This document shows, in pieces, positions 39,694-52,345 of a DNA stretch of 64,000 bases. The DNA lies in contig OX597816.1 in the NCBI GenBank assembly GCA_951406725.2, positions 43,710,001-43,774,000 of the forward strand. Reading direction: 5' to 3'. The translations under genes and the position numbers were made by a program. Position 1 is the stretch's first letter. Every line of letters starts with the position of its first letter. The notes below the pieces were generated by a model. It searched no databases, was not told the origin of the DNA, and was given only the letters and a program-made list of their open reading frames with translations. The DNA comes from Octopus vulgaris. Lineage: Eukaryota.

Positions 39694-40112
39694 TAGGCGC
39701 AGGAGTGGCTGTGTGGTAAGTAGCTTGCTAACCAACCACATGGTTCCGGGTTCAGTCCCACTGCGTGGCATCTTGGGCAAGTGTCTTCTGCTATAGCCCC
39801 GGGCCGACCAATGCTTTGTGAGTGGATTTGGTAGACGGAAACTGAAAGAAGCCTGTCGTATATATGTATATATATATATATGTGTGTGTATATGTGTTTG
39901 TGTGTCTGTGTTTGTCCCCCTAGCATTGCTTGACAACCGATGCTGGTGTGTTTACGTCCCCGTCATCTAGCGGTTCGACAAAAGAGACAGATAGAATAAG
40001 TACTGGGCTTACAAAGAATAAGTCCCGGGGTCGATTTGCTCGACTAAAGGCGGTGCTCCAGCATGGCCGCAGTCAAATGACTGAAACAAGTAAAAGAGTA
40101 AAAGAGAGAGAG
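39694..40112 (+). mobile_element. Young full-length SINE family B
   Basis: GGCGCAGGAGTGGCTGTGTGGTAAG...GACTGAAACAAGTAAAAGAGTAAAAGAG. Confidence 0.95.
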
Positions 40113-41204
40113 AGTATACTATCTCTTGATCACCTTCTCTGAGAGTGTTTTACATATAAGCGGAACCGAACACCTTATAGAAGTACTGAGGGATAAGGCA
40201 CTAACTATCGAAGAACCAGTTTTGATACAAATAAGAGAAGGCAATGACAATCATCAAGTTCAAAAGAACAATACATCATTAGAATGTTATATCAATTTTA
40301 GTAGCAGAGTGTTGCTTTATTTTAGCAATATAGTAATATTAGGTAGCAAAGGTAACTCTAGTGTGATTTGAGCGTAAAACGCAAGCAACGTAACTGAAAA
40401 TACCTACCGTAACGAACTTGGTTCATCATGCTAATAGTGCTGCCAATCAAACTCCTTAATTCTCTATAATCTTAACAATATCTTTTGCCTCCAATCTCTT
40501 TCAAATCCTAACTTCAGTCGCTTATTTTGCTACTTTTTGTCTAATACACAGATTTTGTTGCAGTTATGACAGGCACTACCATAATAGGCTTTACACCTGA
40601 GTTTAAAGTAAGCTTTCACATACTGAAAGCAGTATCCTCCAGAAACCACACAAGCAAACACATATATTTACGTATTAGAAACGACTAACGTCTTCATTTA
40701 TTATCTCTCTAACATTTTAATTCCATAGTCTAGAATATCCTCTTTCTTCTTTTCCTTTTTACTAGCAATTACTTATGCGTTCGTGACTGTCGTTCGTACA
40801 TTCTGAGTCTGTAAGCTGTCGTTCATTGAATATATACGCATAGCTTCATGTATTTCACTTAAAATGTTTAGCTAGGTGTAGTGAGGATCCTGTACGTAGC
40901 TGTGTTCTTCTGAAAGTAATTATTTTCAATTGCTGCTACAGGAAGGTGAGCAACAGCAGCATTACTGTCAAGAATAATATGTTTGCAAGCATGTGTAATT
41001 AATTATATGATGTAGTCTAGTATAAAAACAAAACATCGCTTGATTATCGCCCACATAATATGTCAAGCTACACGAAGAAGCGCACACATTAACATACATA
41101 TGCACAGCTACACACATATACATACATATATATATATACATGACATTACACATGCCTACCTCTGCATAAATAGTCAGATGCATACAGCATACACACACAT
41201 AAAT

Positions 41205-41447
41205 TTGTATGTGTATGCATATATATGTATGTGTATATGAATGTAAGTATATATATATGTACATATCTTTATGTATGTATATATATATATATATGTATGT
41301 ATGTATATATGTATATATATGTGTGTATATAAAGGTATATATATGTGTGTATATATATGTACATATCTTTATGTATATATATATATATGTATATATGTAT
41401 ATATATGTGTGTATATAAAGGGATATATATGTATGTATGCATGTATG

Positions 41448-41481
<34 letters not shown>

Positions 41482-41571
41482 CATATATTTATATATTTTC
41501 ATATATCTATATACATACATGTTTAGATATATATATATGCATATATATATATGTTTATATATACATACATG

Positions 41572-41620
<49 letters not shown>
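41205..41620. repeat. Compound (TA)/(GTAT) low-complexity array with a duplicated ~100-bp unit
   Basis: GTACATATCTTTATG...GTGTGTATATAAAGG occurs twice. Confidence 0.9.
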
Positions 41621-41623
<3 letters not shown>

Positions 41624-41802
41624 ATGATATTAAATACTGCTATGAAGATAACATACATAAATACAAACGCACACTTAATAAGTGTGCATTCTGAATGTCT
41701 CGGTGGTTACATGCACACGTTTGTATGTTTGTGTGAATTACGAATTCTGCATCTTCAGCTTTCAACAAACAGATAGACAGTCAGACAACCCCCTCCAACA
41801 TA

Positions 41803-41852
<50 letters not shown>

Positions 41853-42199
41853 CAGAGATAGAAAGATAAAAATAGAGAAAGGGAGACTTACGCTAACCCT
41901 TTCAATGTTTTCAAATGTACTCTATTAGAATAAACGTTTTCTACTTTTAATTTCAATTCCCTATGCATATACCTCCACCTAAACATATTAAAGACGTTGC
42001 TATTTAAATTTCATTTCCTTATATTTTATATTTTACATACATTTTACATTCTTGTTTATCATTGTGAAAATAGAGAAAAGCTATTGAAATATATTGTATT
42101 CCATGCTGTCTGCAATCATGTGACTCCATAATGTATTAATGTTTAAAGTATGCAGTCATATGCAACTGCGTTTCCCCCATTGTCTGAATTGCATATTCA

Positions 42200-42215
42200 T
42201 CTATCTGTCTATCCT

Positions 42216-42291
<76 letters not shown>

Positions 42292-42600
42292 CCTGTTTGT
42301 CTGTCTACCTGTCTGTCTGTCTATCTACCTGTCTACCTCTCTGTCTGTCTGTCTATTTACCTGTCTGTCTGTCTATCTACCTATCTGTCTATCTACCTAT
42401 CTGTCTATCTACCTATCTGTCTATCTACCTACCTGTCTGTCTATGTATATACACGAATATATACTTATATATATACACACACATATTTGTGTACATAGAT
42501 ACACACACATACACACACACACGCACGCACGCACACACACACACGCACACACACGACGCACGCGCGCACACACACACACACACATATATATATGCATATA
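42200..42600. repeat. (CTAT)/(CTGT)/(CA) microsatellite complex
   Basis: Direct reading. Confidence 0.9.
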
Positions 42601-42799
42601 TACTACTTAACTATTTAAAAATCTTTCAGCTCCATAAGTGTGATCATGCTGGGGCATCACTTTTGACTGAGCTACACCATTATTTGAAACCTTCTCTGAT
42701 AGGTGACATTTGGTCAATAAGGGACTTTGATGCTGCTGCCCTCAACAGTGTTACCTTACATCCACACCATGCAGGTCTCTAAGGTATTTTGGAAGGGTA

Positions 42800-43330
42800 T
42801 TAAAGAAGCTTGAAAACCGAGCTGTTGCAGTATTTAGTTCTGTATTTTGATGGCAATGCTGGGATTTTTGGCACAATGCAGTGGTGCACCTTTCCGCAGT
42901 TTGAGTAACTTACAAAATCAAAGTTTGGTACAAGGCCTTCTAGGGTTTTCCGGATGTATACCGCTGTATATCTGTCCCGCCTTCGTTCCAGGGAGAAGAG
43001 TTTTAATTCTTTCAGTCTTTCCCTGTAGCTGATATGTTGCATCGAGACGATTTTCTATTTTCCTATTTGTGTTTCCTTGGAGGTGGCTCCGTTGGCCACT
43101 ACTGCCTGACCTCTATGTTTTAGAAAGCCATTCTCCAAGTTGTCCGTTTATGCCGAGATCACGCAATTTGTGACATATCATACCATGGTCATGTTTATCA
43201 AGGGATTTTGCAAAATCGTGATATAATACATCTACACTTGAGTCACTCAGCAGCTGTTTTAACACCCATTCGTTGTCTTGCAGGAGCTGTGCTTCACAGC
43301 TTCTACCTGGTCGAAATCCACCCTGGGTGA
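42800..43330 (-). pseudogene. CR1-like LINE RT fragment with an internal deletion
   Basis: QGGFRPGRSC...VDVLYHDFAKSLDKHDH...LGEWL, frameshifted FLKHRGQAVVANG, then a jump to C-terminal SYRERLKELKLFSLERRR; YADD region missing. Confidence 0.85.
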
Positions 43331-43499
43331 ATTTGCGTTTCTTCCGTCCTATCTGGGCTGTGGTTCTAGGAAAATCATTACTTTTAAGTGCCGCTGCAAT
43401 GATGTTGTTGGGTGGGTCACCTTCGGAGATCTTCCATGCGTGTACAAATAATTCCAGATCTTTTGACGACCAGTTCCGTAACATTTTTACTAGGGATAC

Positions 43500-43885
43500 G
43501 GGAGGAAGAAAGGCAGAGAGAGAGTGCGAAATGGTGGGACATAGAGAGCAGGAGAGACAAGGAGATGGATAGGGGGGAGAGAGGGAAATAGGGGAGGAGA
43601 TAGAAGGAGGTTGACCTGAGAGGGAGGGAGAGGGCGAGAAAGGCAGGGAGGGAAAGAGTGTGACAGGTCAGCAGAGGGAAGGAGATAGGGTAAGAGAGGA
43701 AGAGAGAGTGAAACAGAGGTGCGAGAGAGAGTGAGTGCGAAATGGGGTGGAAACTGAGACAAAAGGAAATTTACCTGAAAGAGAGAGAAAGACAGTGCCA
43801 GATCGACAGAGAGCGAGAGAGAACGGGAGAGATAGACAAGCGAGAGACAAGGAGGAAACCTGAGAGAGAAAAAGAGAGATGGAAG
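43500..43885. repeat. Polypurine low-complexity tract
   Basis: Direct reading. Confidence 0.85.
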
Positions 43886-43989
43886 GTGGATTGTATAGAT
43901 AAAACGTGCAGATATTGTTTCTATATCCCCACTGGCATAAACTTTACAAAGGGTGAACGTATTGTTATTATATTATTTAAATTATTTAC

Positions 43990-44076
<87 letters not shown>

Positions 44077-44175
44077 TAGAAGAAATGAGGTACTCAGAAA
44101 TTCGGATGGTTTTATATTTACAGATATTTATTTGTATATTACATGTTTTTATACATCATATAACTTAGATCGTGT

Positions 44176-44212
44176 ATTAGCGCTTTCTCCCATTCTAGTG
44201 GGATTTTCAAAT
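44176..44212 (-). ncRNA. Hammerhead-like motif with U3-A8 core, in a microsatellite-flanked insert (44075-44217)
   Basis: Minus strand AT-TTGAAAA-TCCCA-CTAGAA-TGGGA-GAAA-GCGC-TA-AT; helix I only 2 bp. Confidence 0.45.
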
Positions 44213-44261
44213 CGAACTATATATATGTATATATACGTATATATATATGTATGTATATATG

Positions 44262-44331
<70 letters not shown>

Positions 44332-45879
44332 CAATAACAAATTAATAAATAAAACATATGCATATATACATACATATATGTACGTACCTACATCTACATG
44401 TATATATACATGCATATATGGGTGCAGGACTCAAAAAAACGTCGAACACAATGAGAAACGAAAACACACAACCAAGGAAATGGACATTTTTCTTAAACAA
44501 CGATAAAATAGAGGATAGGACATACAACACAAGGAAAATTCCCCTTCTTCAGTCGCCTCTGTTTCATCTATTCCGCGTTTCGAAGATCATGTGTGTAAAA
44601 ATAAATTCATGAGTATACACATATATATGTATGTTAGTTTATGTACATATACACGCACTGACGGACATCTACATTCCATTTAATTAAATACATAGAAATT
44701 ATGATATTGTAATGAAAAACGAATCGATATTGATCCGCTTCTTTCAAATAATTTTTTTTTAAAATATGAATTTCACATTCTACGTCGCCTTATTTTAAAA
44801 TGTTTGACAAATGTTGTGAGTTACCTGATGCACACGCGACATATACCTAAGCACTTACCTGTATTACATTCTATACGGTTACCTGTTTACATATATTTAT
44901 CGATCTTTTCTGGAAAGAAGTATTTACAATATTAGTGTTTCAGTTAAATATGTTTTTTGACATTTTCGTATCGATTTAATAAAGTTTTCATATTTTAGCA
45001 TTTCTAGTTCTTTATATGTTCATTTCTTTTTTGTTATTTGGTAAATTCGTTTTATATTTTTGCTCTTTCAATTTCGTCATCCTCAATAAATTTATATCAG
45101 CTATATGACAGAATTATTTCAGATACTTATCTATGCACACCGAAAACCAAAATACGCACAATACATTTAAATAAACAGGTACATGATAAAATGCACATGT
45201 GCGTATGTACACACTAGTTTCGCGTGTACATATTTGCACATGCTATTTCTATCATGATCAACACTTATAGACTTTCACCTGCATCAAGAATACAGTTTCC
45301 TTGCAGTGTATGTAGGCAACGGAAATGCCATTAAAATCTTTACAGACTTAGATTTGAAGGCTTAGTTGGAGAATAATGCATTTCCATGGATATCACTTAC
45401 TGCAGAACATACGTATGCACACACATTCATTCAAATCTGCAAATGCTTGTTCACTTGCATTGAATCACGCACATAAATGTAAACACCTTTGAAGCATTCA
45501 TATTTAAAGTAGCTACGTTTCAATCAATAGATGACACTTGATCGAACAGAGATTTAAATTAAATATTGCCGGATCAAATTAATCCATACTTTTAAACTGA
45601 CTGCTGCCGCAAAAACGCTTCGGGATCAGTTTACCTTAGAAAGTCAATAAAACACTAGAAAAAAAAAAACAAAAAAACAATAAGCAGCAACTGACACATC
45701 GTTGCTGTCTTATAATGGAAAATATACTAACAATATGCAATATAATGGATAGCGTTGGGAAGCGTGCAAATCGAAATGAACTCATACAACGCAACGATTC
45801 CTTCAACCGACAATTGTTCAAAGAGGTGCTCCCGTATGGCCAGACTTTAATGACTCTTACTTTTTAACATGTCTTAATA

Positions 45880-46745
45880 CTCTTTTACTTTTTTACTTCG
45901 GCCATGCTGGAGCACCGCATTTTAGTCGAATAAATCGACTCCGGGGCTTATTCTTTGTAAGCCTAGTACTTATTTAATCGGTCTCTTTTGCCGAACCGCA
46001 AGGTTATGGGGACGTAAACATTCCAACTTCGGTTGTCATGCGAAGGTAGGGGACAAACATGAACACAGAAATACACACACACACCAACACATGCACACAC
46101 ACACATATACGACGTGCTTCTTTCAGTTTCCGTCTACCAAATCCATTCACAGGGCTATGGTTCGCCTGAGGCTATAGTAGAAGACACTTGCTCAAAATTC
46201 TACGCTGTGGCACTAAACCTGGAACCATATATATATATACGTGAACAAAGATTAATCTTCTCTCTTCTCTCCTTTACGCCACATGGGCTCAGCTCTCCTC
46301 CTCTCTTCAGCTAACCCTCCTCTCTCTCCTCTCTCTCTCTCTCTCACATCTATTTACCTCCACCCACCTCTTCTCTCTTGCTCGAACTCCTACTTCTCTT
46401 CATTCCTCTCCTCTCTTCTCTTCACTCCTACCCACCTTCTCCCTCCCAGTCTTCCTTCATCGTCACCCCTCCCTCGTATCCCCACCCCTACACAATCCAA
46501 CCCCACCTTCCCTATCCATGCCATCCCACGCTCACTTCTACTTCACCCTCAGCCTAACCCACACCCCACCCTTGCTTTCCCCACTCTCGCCTACCCCACA
46601 TCCCAACTAACCCACTCACATCTTTCGTCGGCCCAACGCTATAGTAAAATAGTAGAAAACACTTGGCCAAGAAGCCACGCAGTAGGATTGAACCTAGAAC
46701 TATATGGTTGGGAAGCAAACTTCTCACCACACAACCAGCCCTACA
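45880..46745 (-). mobile_element. SINE family B (45880-46228), pyrimidine-rich tract, second B head fragment (46625-46745)
   Basis: Family B motifs on both sides of a C/T-rich tract. Confidence 0.75.
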
Positions 46746-49700
46746 TGAAAAATATCATATAAAGGTCTATGAACTGAAAAGAGACATTTACTTAAACGAA
46801 AAGGGTTTAGAAATTTGTTTTACTGCAAAACTGTGGTGATGATTTAAATTTTATGAAACTAGAAAGCTTTGTTTTTTTATCATAGTAGAAGTGAGAAGGA
46901 AAACCTGTTCTATACACAGGAGTTAGTATATTATAAACAAAATAGGATTAGTTAGGAACGTCTGTATATGAAACAATCGTACATGAAAATCTAAATGTTA
47001 TTGAAGATTAAATCTCAATCGTTGGTGAAATTTGGAGTTAGGAACTGTTTGACTTACATTGGGATTGATAAAATTGCGTGTGTGAGATATGTACGTGGTT
47101 GTTTGTCAGTACAAATTCTTCTAGTGTTTGTGCATTTGATGAAAAAAAATGTTCCATAGAAGTTTTAGCATCGTGAGTAAGCTAAGTACACATGAGTAAT
47201 ATAAATTTACGAATTTTTATATTCGCATACAGGGAAAACATAATATAATCATAGTATGACAGTAAAAGCTTTCGGGCCGAAAATGCCCGATTGCGGTATC
47301 TCAACAAATTTAACTGTAAATAAAATAAGAACTTTGCAAATCACAGTTGAATAAACGAACGTGTACCTAAATATAAATAACCATAAATATATATTTTCCT
47401 TCATACATATATTTTCCTATATATAATGCTAATACCCCTGAAGTCTGCACTTATACAGAATTTTTTATATAAAAATATCTAGAAGATTTGTATTATGCTC
47501 GCTGTTCTAGTAAGCCTCGAGAGGTGAAATTTAGATTTACAACCAACCCCCTACGTATTTACATTCACACATTTATATATATGTTTGTATATACATATAC
47601 ACATATACATTCACAAACTCACATATTTGTGCTGTGAGATTGTGTATGTATGTACAGTGTATGCGGACATTTTTCCCCCCTTGTCAATGCGTGCATATAT
47701 TTATAAAATAGGTAAAAGAATCACAGAACTTCGAAGAAAAGTATCCTATACCATTTGCAGTAAACTGCAGAGCAGCTAACTACATAAGACATAATAGTTT
47801 CTTCTTCTTCTTCTTCATTTTTTTTTGTTTTTTTTTGTTTTACCTTTTTCAATATATTTATGTATACATTTATTTTTGTTTTCGTTTTCGTCTGAGATCG
47901 TGCATCGAGTGCTATCGATGTCTGCTGCCAGCAAAATGTTGTACGGAATAGTCAATATATATTCGTTCTATCAATACAAAGAAACTAAAAGATTGTATGA
48001 AATGGTGAAATCGAAGCAGTTACTGCTGCCCTCCTCCATTTCCACCTCCCCTTCATCCTCCTCCTCTCAATGCTTTCAGCTGCTCTTGCTGCTAACCTCT
48101 TTTCTTCTTTCGCTTGTTTACCTTCTTTCTTTTTTACTATATTGTTTTCGTGTCTCTTCTTCCTTAACTAGTATTTTTATACATTTTTTTTTATATCTAT
48201 TATTTCTTCAGTTCATTCCTAATTTGTTTCGCTATTTTTTTTTTCTTCAGTTCTTCAAAGCTTTTTTTTTTTTTTGCTTGTTTTTAATTATTTTTCTTTC
48301 GCTAATAATTTATTTCTTACTGTCCGTCTCTTTCATTTTCTTTGTCTAACTCTTCTCTTGACCTACTTTCTTCTTAAACAAGTTTATGTATTTTTTTAGT
48401 CTGATTTCTCTTTCTTCGTTTCTTTGGTATTTATTATAAACTTTACGTCTACCTTCCTGTCTTTATTTCTAACATTCATTCTTGTTTTTATTTTTATTTA
48501 TTTCTCTCTTGTTGCAGGCTTTTATGTCTTGTTTATTCATTAATTTCAGTCTTTTTAATTTCTTCTTTTATGTCCTATATTTTTTTTTTCTTTCAAGCAT
48601 TCTTTTTTTCTTGTTTTCAATCTGTTCTTTCTAATCACGTGAGGAACATTATCAACTGACAATTATTTCAAGGAGTCTTGAGTCAGCGTTTCATTTTCAA
48701 TTCGTGATTGGAACCGTTTGATTTTGAATGCACTACCAGTATATATCGACTGTATATATAATATGGCGACATTAAAATTCTATATACCAATCATTAGAAT
48801 GAAATAATGCGTTATATCCGCCGATAATTACGAAGTCTCAAACATTGAATCCAACATTTACGAACGAACATAAAACTATGCGATTCAATCAGCAATTTAA
48901 TGCTGGGCGCTAGGATGTTTTTTTTTCAAAGACAGTCACGGCCATCTCCCCCTCAATCAAATTGTTACCGAGTTCTTCGGGATATCCATCAAATTTTCTT
49001 TGTCCATTCTAAAGACTGTAAATTTTATGCTGTTCTAAAGCTGAGCTTTTTCTGATGTGTTAAGTCTACTATTTTACTCTTTTTTTTTTTGTTATTACTC
49101 TTTTTTTTTTTTTGGCAGCGAGGAGATTTTGCCATTTTCTTCTAGTCTCCTTCTCATCTTTCATTATGATGAGGAGGCGTTTGTGGGAATTGAACATTCA
49201 CGTCTATCCTCGTATCTACGTTTAATGTTGTTCTGTAAACATCAGTCCCTGGGATATGATATTGCTTATTCCTCCGTGTAAAATTCTATTTGTTCTAACT
49301 GCCAAATCTATTACCCTTAATGTTATGTCTTGAGCCCATTGACTAGGGGTACAAAGATCAATGAAAATAGACTCACTTAAAAAAGCCCAGTGATTCTTCC
49401 AGATATTGTTTTGTGAAATTTGCAATCGTTCTCGAATTTCACTAAGACATTTACCTCTTTTTCCTGTACTGGTTAAATTCCTTGAACAACGAGGCACTTC
49501 CATTCGTAATATAACTGTCCAATGTATTTTTCCTTGGAACGGACTATGTCTGGTTAATCATACTAACGAATTTGCTATTACATTTTGGCTGTCACAATTT
49601 GTTGCATGTTGAGATACAAATATGTGATGTTGTGCCTACTTTTGTAAATATTTTTCATTTGTGTAATATTTTTTTACGTTATTTGATATATTTGTATCCA

Positions 49701-50019
49701 GGGCTGAGTGAAACTGATACCTTAGTATATCCCATGTTGACAAACATTACAGCAATGTTGTTGTTTCTCATGTAAACACATGCCTAGTCATTCTTAATGG
49801 TGGTTCATCGATAGCATCGACATTAGTAATTAAGAAGTACTTTATATTATGTAGCCGGAAAGGCGAAAAGCATAACTTGAACTAGGAACGTAAACGAGAC
49901 AGAAGTATTACTGTTTCCTACGTGAACGTAGTAAGCTAGCACATAAAGAATATAAGCGCAGGCATGAATTTTTTCAGCGAAAGAGTGTATTGATTTGTTA
50001 CAGTTAGATAACTGTATGC

Positions 50020-50520
50020 ATTCAAAGTAATGGAAAAGCTGTATGAATACGAGCGACAAGCGGTGATGGTGAATTATAAATACAAGATTTTATGGGATTT
50101 GTCCGTAAAGAGTGACCATGCTTTTGAAGCAAGGAGAACAAATATGAAAGTAGGACGCATTAAGAAACAGAGAGAAAAGAAAGCGAAAACGGCGTGATAT
50201 AATAGACTTTGCTATAGGATATGATAATAGGGCGGTTGCCAAAAAAATTAAGTAACCTGAGAAATATCACAACGCAGGTAGAGAGCTGAAGAGGTTGTCA
50301 AAGAGAAACGTAATAATTGTTCCTTTGGTAATTGGTTCGCATGACGCAATTCGCAGACTGCTACGTAAGAGTTTGAAGCGTATACGAATTGAAGCAAACA
50401 TTTTCGAACTGAAGAGAAGCGCCCTCTTGTCTCCTGCAAGGATCCTAAGAAAGATTCTGGAGATTTAAAGGAACATGTTGTCATCAAATCTCAAGGCAAG
50501 ACCCCTGTTAAGTAAATTAG
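50020..50520 (+). pseudogene. R4/Dong-like non-LTR retrotransposon 3' end (restriction-like endonuclease domain), decayed
   Basis: Across a frameshift and stops: YKILWDLSVKSDHAFEARR...IIDFAIGYD...EKYHNAGRELKRL...IVPLVIGS...KRSALLSPARILRKILEI* (stop 50466-50468). Confidence 0.8.
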
Positions 50521-50549
50521 CTTTCAATAGATTTATAATAGCAATTATG

Positions 50550-50760
50550 ATTTCTTTCTACTATAAGATGAAAGTCTGAAATTTTGCGGGAGGGATCTAC
50601 CCGATTACGTTGAACCCCAGTGCTCAAATGGTACTTTGTTTTATCGAATCTGAATGGATGAAAGACAAAATCGACCTCGGCCAGATTTCAACACAGAAGC
50701 CGGAAGAAAAGCCAACAAGCATTTTTATTCGACGCTCTAACAGCTCTGCTAATTGTTCTC
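50550..50760 (-). mobile_element. Degenerate SINE family A
   Basis: GGATGAAAGACAAAATCGACCTCGG. Confidence 0.7.
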
Positions 50761-50980
50761 TTTAATGATTACGATAATAAAAATTATGATGATGATAATA
50801 ATAATAATAATAATGATATGTCTAGATAATAAAAGCCGCGGTAAACGTTGGTTGTTTGATTTCTCTTGTCATACTTTACACTGTAGAGAGGGATACTGTG
50901 CTTGGTGGCAGGTAATAAGTAAATGAAGGATAGATTAAATATGCTCTGCCTCTACTACACTTGTTTAGGCTATCTCTTTA

Positions 50981-51756
50981 GAAATTATAACTAGCGCTAA
51001 CTTTTGCTACGACCATTCCGAGACGCCAGATGTGAACAAAAAATGACCTCGTAGATGAAAAATGAGTATATCCCATATTTTGGCAGCTTTTTCTCCTTCA
51101 TCGACGCCCATCCAACCCATTAGCCATCCACGAACTCATTGCTTAAATAGTCTCTAACTACAGGAGTTCAACGTTATTGGATATAACAATTTTATTGTTA
51201 TATCAAACACATTCCTGGAATCTGCTACGTAAATATTAATGGCCTGCAGGGAGGCGGTATTTCGTTATGAAATGATAATAGACTATTAAGTATATTAAAC
51301 GTTTTTATAGGTCAATACCATGTTCTACTATGTTACATCACTTGTGTAGGATATCTCTACAGATATCCCACAGAAATTATAACCAACACTGATTTTGGCT
51401 ACGGCGTTTCGTATCCGAGACGCCAGATGTAAACAAACAATGAAATCGGAGATGAAAAGTAGGTAATGGGCGTATTTGCTATATTTTGGAAGCTTTTACT
51501 CTTTCATCAGCACCTATTCAACCCATTAATACCCACGAACATATTTTTACATCTTTGATCTCATTCATTGTTTACGCTTGGCGTCTCAAATACGAAACTT
51601 CGTAGCAAAAATAAGTGTTGGCTATAATTTGTATAGGATATATGTAGCGATAACCTTGACTAGTGACTCAAATAGATTATCTGTAAAAACATTTGATATA
51701 ATTTACAGTGTATGACAGTTACATAACGAAATGCCGTATCCTTAAAAGTAATTAAC
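50981..51756. repeat. ~392-bp unit: 1.4 tandem copies followed by an inverted copy
   Basis: GAAATTATAA at 50981 and 51373; 51543-51756 is the diverged reverse complement of about 51236-51460. Confidence 0.85.
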
Positions 51757-51904
51757 TCTTCTCCAAATGTCGCGAATGTCTTTGACGTACACACACATAC
51801 ATCACTATATTGAAAAGCGTTTCTTCACATCGTTGTCGCTTTCCAATGGTATCACTCCGCTGACTAGGAAGGCAATCCAACATTTCCCCCGAAGAAAAAG
51901 CTTA

Positions 51905-52059
51905 TTGGTTTCATGGTTAAACATTTGAATCTGAGTGGATTGGAGCAACGTGAAAGAAAGTGTTTTGCTCAAGAGTATAACGCACCATGGCTATTTCACA
52001 ATCGTTGAGCGCAACCCATTAACTATTAGGCTGCACGCTTTCATTCTCACGATACATTA

Positions 52060-52100
<41 letters not shown>

Positions 52101-52345
52101 TGCGTGTGAAGGCACGTGATTAGTGGTTAGGGTGTTGAACTCATGATCGTAAGATTGTAGTTTCGATCCCTGGATCCAGCGACGCGTTGTGTTCTTGGGC
52201 AAAACATTTCATTTCACGTTGCCCTAGTCCACTCAGCGGACAAAAATGAGTAATACTGCGTCTAGGTGTGGAATTTATAGGCCATGATACCGGGAAAACG
52301 GCCCTTGTAAGTCAGCATGACTCGAGAAGGTAACTTTACCGCTAC
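51905..52345. mobile_element. Two family D SINEs head-to-head around a (GT)n tract (minus 51905-52043; plus 52106-52345)
   Basis: TAGTGGTTAGGGTGTTG...TTTCGATCCC...TGTGTTCTTGGGCAAAAC and its reverse complement. Confidence 0.75.

Noticed and set aside
47825-48349. 174-aa hydrophobic ORF resembling a membrane protein
   Set aside because: Product of T-rich low-complexity sequence.
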